Made by a program: the position numbers and the translations under genes
The notes under the pieces: model-generated
Seen by the model: only the letters and a program-made list of their open reading frames with translations
What the model was told of the DNA's origin: nothing
Database searches by the model: none
Source: Candidatus Polarisedimenticolaceae bacterium
GTDB taxonomy: Bacteria > Acidobacteriota > Polarisedimenticolia > Polarisedimenticolales > Polarisedimenticolaceae
Direction: 5' to 3'
Assembly (NCBI GenBank): GCA_041625075.1
Contig: JBFJTV010000001.1
Location: 1 to 27,040 of the forward strand
DNA length: 27,040 nt
In this document: positions 23,315 through 27,040 of the stretch, piece by piece
Layout: each line of letters opens with the position of its first letter
How positions within the stretch are numbered: the first letter of the stretch is position 1

Positions 23315-25066
23315 ATGAACAAGGGAGGGAGCTTTCTCTTGGAACCGGTCGTCGGGAGCGTCTTCACCCGAGAGAGATTCGTGGAAGAGCAGAAGGAAAT
23401 CGACGAGATGGTTCGCAGCTTCGCGCGCGAACGCATCCTTCCGCACAAGGAAAGCCTTGAAGCCTTCGACAAGGAGCGTTCCCTCGAGCTGATGCGAGAG
23501 GCCGCCGAGCTCGGGCTGACCGCGATCGACATTCCCGAGAAGTACGGGGGCCTGGAGCAGAACAAGACCACGTCCGCCCTGGTCAACGAGGCCCTGAGCC
23601 AGGGAGAATCGAGTTCCTGGCTGGTCACCTTCTCGGCTCACGTGGGTATCGGAACCCTCCCGATCGTTTTCTTCGGGACGAACGCGCAGAAAGAAAGATA
23701 CCTCCCCAAGCTTGCCACGGCGGAGTATCTGAGTGCGTATGCTCTCACGGAGCCGGGCGCCGGCTCGGATGCCTTGAACCTCACGACCTCGGCGCGGCTG
23801 TCCGATGACGGTGACGCGTACGTCCTGAACGGGACCAAGCAGTACATCACCAACGGCGGCTGGGCCGACCTGTTCATCGTCTTCGCGAGACTCGACGGCA
23901 AGGGGGTCACGGCCTTCATCGTCGAACGTGACTCGGAGGGGTTGAGCACCGGCGCCGAAGAGAAAAAAATGGGGATCAAGGGCTCCTCGACCGTCAATCT
24001 GGTTCTCGAGAACGTGCGCGTCCCCAAGGACAACGTTCTGGGAACGCCCGGCGCGGGTCAACACATCGCATTGAACATCTTGAACATCGGGCGGTTCAAG
24101 CTGGGTGCCGCGGATCTCGGCGCGTGCAAGATGTGCATCAATCATGCGACGCGGTACGCACTGGAGCGCACCCAGTTCGGCCAACCCATCGCGTTCTTCC
24201 AGGCGATCCGCAAGAAACTGGCCGACATGATCGTGCGGACCTACGTCCTGGACAGTGTCATCTATCGCACGGTCGGCCTGATGGACGAGCGCGTCGCCGA
24301 TCTCAAGGTGGACGACCCCGATTACAACCGGAAAGTCATGGCCGCCCTCGAGGAGTACGCGATCGAGGCCTCGATCTCGAAAATCCTCGGTTCCGAAACG
24401 CTTTTCCGGGTCTCCGACCACGGGATCCAGATCTTCGGCGGGTACGGGTTCTCCGAGGATTATCCGATGGCGGCGGTTTTTCGCGATACGAGAATCGATC
24501 GGATCTTCGAGGGAACCAACGAGATCAACCGCATGGTGATCTACGGTTACTGTCTTAAGAAGGCACTGATGGAGGAGCTCCCGTTCAGGACCGCCGCTAG
24601 CGCATGGACCGAGCGAGACCCCGTTCGCGATGGCCCGTTTCGGTGGGAGGTCCAGGCCCTCGACGTGTTGCGCCGATCTACCGTCAAGTGCGTGCACGAA
24701 GCCATCTCTCTATATGGCCAGGACCTTCGCAATGAACAGGTCGTGGGAGAGGATCTCGCTGATTTGATCATCGGGTACTACGGCGCCTCATCCGCGATCA
24801 ATCGCCTCCTCCAGCTTGGCGATGAGGCGTTGCGGAACGGCGCTTCCCGGGCTCTCGGACGTTCGGTCGTTGCGGCCTATCTGGAAGAAGCGGGAAGACT
24901 TCACTGCCGGCTTCGTCCCGTCGTCTTCTCGAGCCCTCACGCCCGGCCGATCGGCGACGCCATCGCAAGAAACATGCAGGAGCTCGTCCTGCCCTTTGAT
25001 CCCGTAAAGGAACTGCACGTCCTGACGGACGACCTCTTCCATCGCGGGCAGTACCGTTTCGAATAG
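23315..25066 (+). CDS. Long-type acyl-CoA dehydrogenase (FadE-like), 583 aa
   Basis: ATG 23315 behind AAGGGGA; MNKGGSFL, AYALTEPGAGSDA, LNGTKQYITNG, KMGIKGSST, QIFGGYG, RIFEGTNEINR; C-terminal extension. Confidence 0.95.
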   Translation: MNKGGSFLLEPVVGSVFTRERFVEEQKEIDEMVRSFARERILPHKESLEAFDKERSLELMREAAELGLTAIDIPEKYGGLEQNKTTSALVNEALSQGESSSWLVTFSAHVGIGTLPIVFFGTNAQKERYLPKLATAEYLSAYALTEPGAGSDALNLTTSARLSDDGDAYVLNGTKQYITNGGWADLFIVFARLDGKGVTAFIVERDSEGLSTGAEEKKMGIKGSSTVNLVLENVRVPKDNVLGTPGAGQHIALNILNIGRFKLGAADLGACKMCINHATRYALERTQFGQPIAFFQAIRKKLADMIVRTYVLDSVIYRTVGLMDERVADLKVDDPDYNRKVMAALEEYAIEASISKILGSETLFRVSDHGIQIFGGYGFSEDYPMAAVFRDTRIDRIFEGTNEINRMVIYGYCLKKALMEELPFRTAASAWTERDPVRDGPFRWEVQALDVLRRSTVKCVHEAISLYGQDLRNEQVVGEDLADLIIGYYGASSAINRLLQLGDEALRNGASRALGRSVVAAYLEEAGRLHCRLRPVVFSSPHARPIGDAIARNMQELVLPFDPVKELHVLTDDLFHRGQYRFE

Positions 25067-25075
25067 GGAGGAACC

Positions 25076-26212
25076 ATGAATCCGACAAGTGTGATTGTCG
25101 ATGCCGTGCGGAGCCCGATGGGGGTGAAGAAGGGAAAGATGGTCGGGATTCGCGCCGATGATCTGGCAGCGCAGGTCGTGACGGCGCTTCTCGAACGTAA
25201 CCCCAACCTGGCGCCCGCCGCGGTGGAGGATGTCGTTCTCGGTTGCGCCTTCCCCGAGCACACTCAAGGGATGCTCATGGCGCGAGGCGTGGCGCTGCTC
25301 GCCGGGCTGCCGGCGGAAACGGGCGGCAAGGTCGTGAACCGGTTCTGCGGGTCCTCGATGGATGCCGTCCATCAACTGTCTCAAGCCATCCTCACCGGTG
25401 ACCTGCAATGCGGCATCGCCGCCGGGGTGGAGGACATGTTTGCCATTCCCATGGGTGGGTACAACCCGTCGTTCCATCCCAAGCTCTACGAGATGGAGTA
25501 CTACATGGGGATGGGAGAGACTGCGGAGAACCTCGCCAAGGATCTGGACATTTCAAGGGAAGAGCAGGAGGAGTTTTCCTACCGGTCCCACACGAACGCT
25601 TTGAACGCCGACAAGAACGAGTGGTTCAGCAAGGAACTGGTGCCCATAAAGAGGAACGGCAAGTCGATCGGGAAAGACGAGGGTCCGAGAGAGCCGAACA
25701 AGGAGAAGATCCGCTCGCTGAAACCCGCGTTTCTGGATAGCGGCACCATCACGGCAGCCACGTCGAGCCCGATCTCGATCGGCGCCGCCGCCTTGATCGT
25801 GTGTAGCGCGGACTTCGCGAAAAAGCACGATCTCCGAATTCGGGCGCGGATCACGTCGCGTGCCGTGGCCGGTGTCGACTGGACGCGTATGGGCATGGGC
25901 CCGATTCCGGCGAGCGAGAAGGCGTTGGAGCGGGCAGGCCTGACCATGAGCGACATCGATTTCATCGAGCTCAACGAGGCCTTCGCCGCGCAGTCCCTGT
26001 ACGTCATCAAGAAGGCCGGATGGCCTCAAGAGAAGGTCAACATTCACGGCGGCGCCATCGCCCTCGGTCACCCGCTTGGCGCCTCCGGCGCTCGCATCCT
26101 GACCACGCTCATCAACGTTCTGGAGCGGCACGATGGCAACACGGGGCTGGCCACGATGTGCATCGGCACCGGGCAGGGCATCGCGACGGTGATCGAGAGG
26201 GACTACTCATGA
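25076..26212 (+). CDS. fadA: Acetyl-CoA C-acyltransferase (thiolase), 378 aa
   Basis: NRFCGSS, ELNEAFA, GGAIALGHPLGASG, CIGTGQG: Cys-His-Cys catalytic set; RBS GGGAGGA. Confidence 0.96.
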   Translation: MNPTSVIVDAVRSPMGVKKGKMVGIRADDLAAQVVTALLERNPNLAPAAVEDVVLGCAFPEHTQGMLMARGVALLAGLPAETGGKVVNRFCGSSMDAVHQLSQAILTGDLQCGIAAGVEDMFAIPMGGYNPSFHPKLYEMEYYMGMGETAENLAKDLDISREEQEEFSYRSHTNALNADKNEWFSKELVPIKRNGKSIGKDEGPREPNKEKIRSLKPAFLDSGTITAATSSPISIGAAALIVCSADFAKKHDLRIRARITSRAVAGVDWTRMGMGPIPASEKALERAGLTMSDIDFIELNEAFAAQSLYVIKKAGWPQEKVNIHGGAIALGHPLGASGARILTTLINVLERHDGNTGLATMCIGTGQGIATVIERDYS

Positions 26213-27040
26213 CCGACATCAAGACCATCGGTGTTTGCGGCGCCGGCGTGATGGGAAGCCAGCTCGCCGCGTTCTTCGCGAGCGCGGGATTCGAGGTCTA
26301 TCTGTTCGACCTGAAACAGGAACTGTCCGAGAAAGGCATCGGGGTCGCGACCAAGGCGCGTCCTCCGGCCTTCTACCACAAGCGGTTCGTCGAGAACGTC
26401 AAAGCCTGCAACTACGACGAACACGTCGAGCGGTTCGAGGAGTGCGACTGGATCCTCGAGGCTATTGCCGAACGGATCGACTGGAAGAAGGACCTCTACG
26501 AGCGGATCCTGCCCCGGATGAAAGAGGACGCCATCCTGTCTTCCAATACCTCGGGTCTGTCGCTCGAAGAGCTGACGGAAGATTTTGACGACGACGGTCG
26601 CCGTCGTTTCCTGATCACCCACTTCTTCAATCCTCCGCGGTACATGCGGCTGGTCGAGATCGTCCCGGGAGAGCAGACCTCCGACGTCGCCCTCGAAAGG
26701 ATGATCGCGTTTACCGGCGAGACCCTCGGCAAGGGTGTCGTGCATGCCAAGGACACACCCAACTTCATCGGCAACCGCGTCGGCGTCTACGGAATGATGT
26801 TGGCTCTCAAGCTCACGCGGGAGATGCGGCTATCGGTCGAGCAGGTGGATGCCCTGACCGGTCCGGTCATGGGCCGACCCAAGTCCGCCACCTACCGCAC
26901 GGCCGACCTGGTCGGTCTGGACACGCTGGCGCTGGTGGCAAAGACCGCGTACGAGAAGTGCCCGGACGACGAAGCCAGAGATCTCTTCGAGACGCCACCC
27001 GTTCTGGGTCAACTGCTCGAGCGCGAGTGGCTGGGCCAGA
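26209..27040 (+). CDS. 3-hydroxyacyl-CoA dehydrogenase (FadN/FadB-like, dehydrogenase domain first), 3'-truncated
   Basis: ATGA overlap with the thiolase stop; MTDIKTIGVCGAGVMGSQLA, LEAIAERIDWK, SSNTSGL, THFFNPPRYM, KDTPNFIGNRVG; open to the window end and absent from the ORF track. Confidence 0.93.
   Translation, partial: MTDIKTIGVCGAGVMGSQLAAFFASAGFEVYLFDLKQELSEKGIGVATKARPPAFYHKRFVENVKACNYDEHVERFEECDWILEAIAERIDWKKDLYERILPRMKEDAILSSNTSGLSLEELTEDFDDDGRRRFLITHFFNPPRYMRLVEIVPGEQTSDVALERMIAFTGETLGKGVVHAKDTPNFIGNRVGVYGMMLALKLTREMRLSVEQVDALTGPVMGRPKSATYRTADLVGLDTLALVAKTAYEKCPDDEARDLFETPPVLGQLLEREWLGQ

Noticed and set aside
23198-24697. 499-aa minus-strand ORF
   Set aside because: Antisense to the well-supported acyl-CoA dehydrogenase.
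1-27040. CRISPR array, rRNA, IS or prophage
   Set aside because: No regularly spaced repeats, rRNA-like stretch, or transposase, integrase or phage motifs were seen.

Overview
GC-rich bacterial window with no rRNA, tRNA, CRISPR array, integrase or transposase visible. The lineage is possibly Acidobacteriota, an unverified recollection based on the 90-aa protein at 20322. Left arm, minus strand: a giant secreted repeat protein truncated by the window edge and absent from the ORF track (>1311 aa; GATase-like N-terminal domain, then ~659-aa SdrD-B-like/beta-helix units) behind an AT-rich sigma70-type promoter; a SnoaL/NTF2 lipoprotein; and an 815-aa secreted protein ending in an invasin-type Ig domain, behind a sigma54-like promoter with two TGTCG-N7-CGACA palindromes. 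Small membrane, secreted and OsmC genes and an FG-GAP remnant follow. Centre: a tightly packed five-gene operon FkbK-like, ACP, FkbI-like, FkbH, GNAT. This is a hydroxymalonyl-ACP extender cassette with no O-methyltransferase and no PKS/NRPS in the window, ending in a GNAT; it is the best candidate for a new system. Next is a 1498-aa membrane protein built from two fused copies of an uncharacterised ~760-aa module. Right arm: SH3-like secreted protein, small conserved protein, SLC13/TrkA-C transporter, MBL hydrolase and an ordinary beta-oxidation operon truncated at the right edge. All calls come from manual motif reading; no searches were run.
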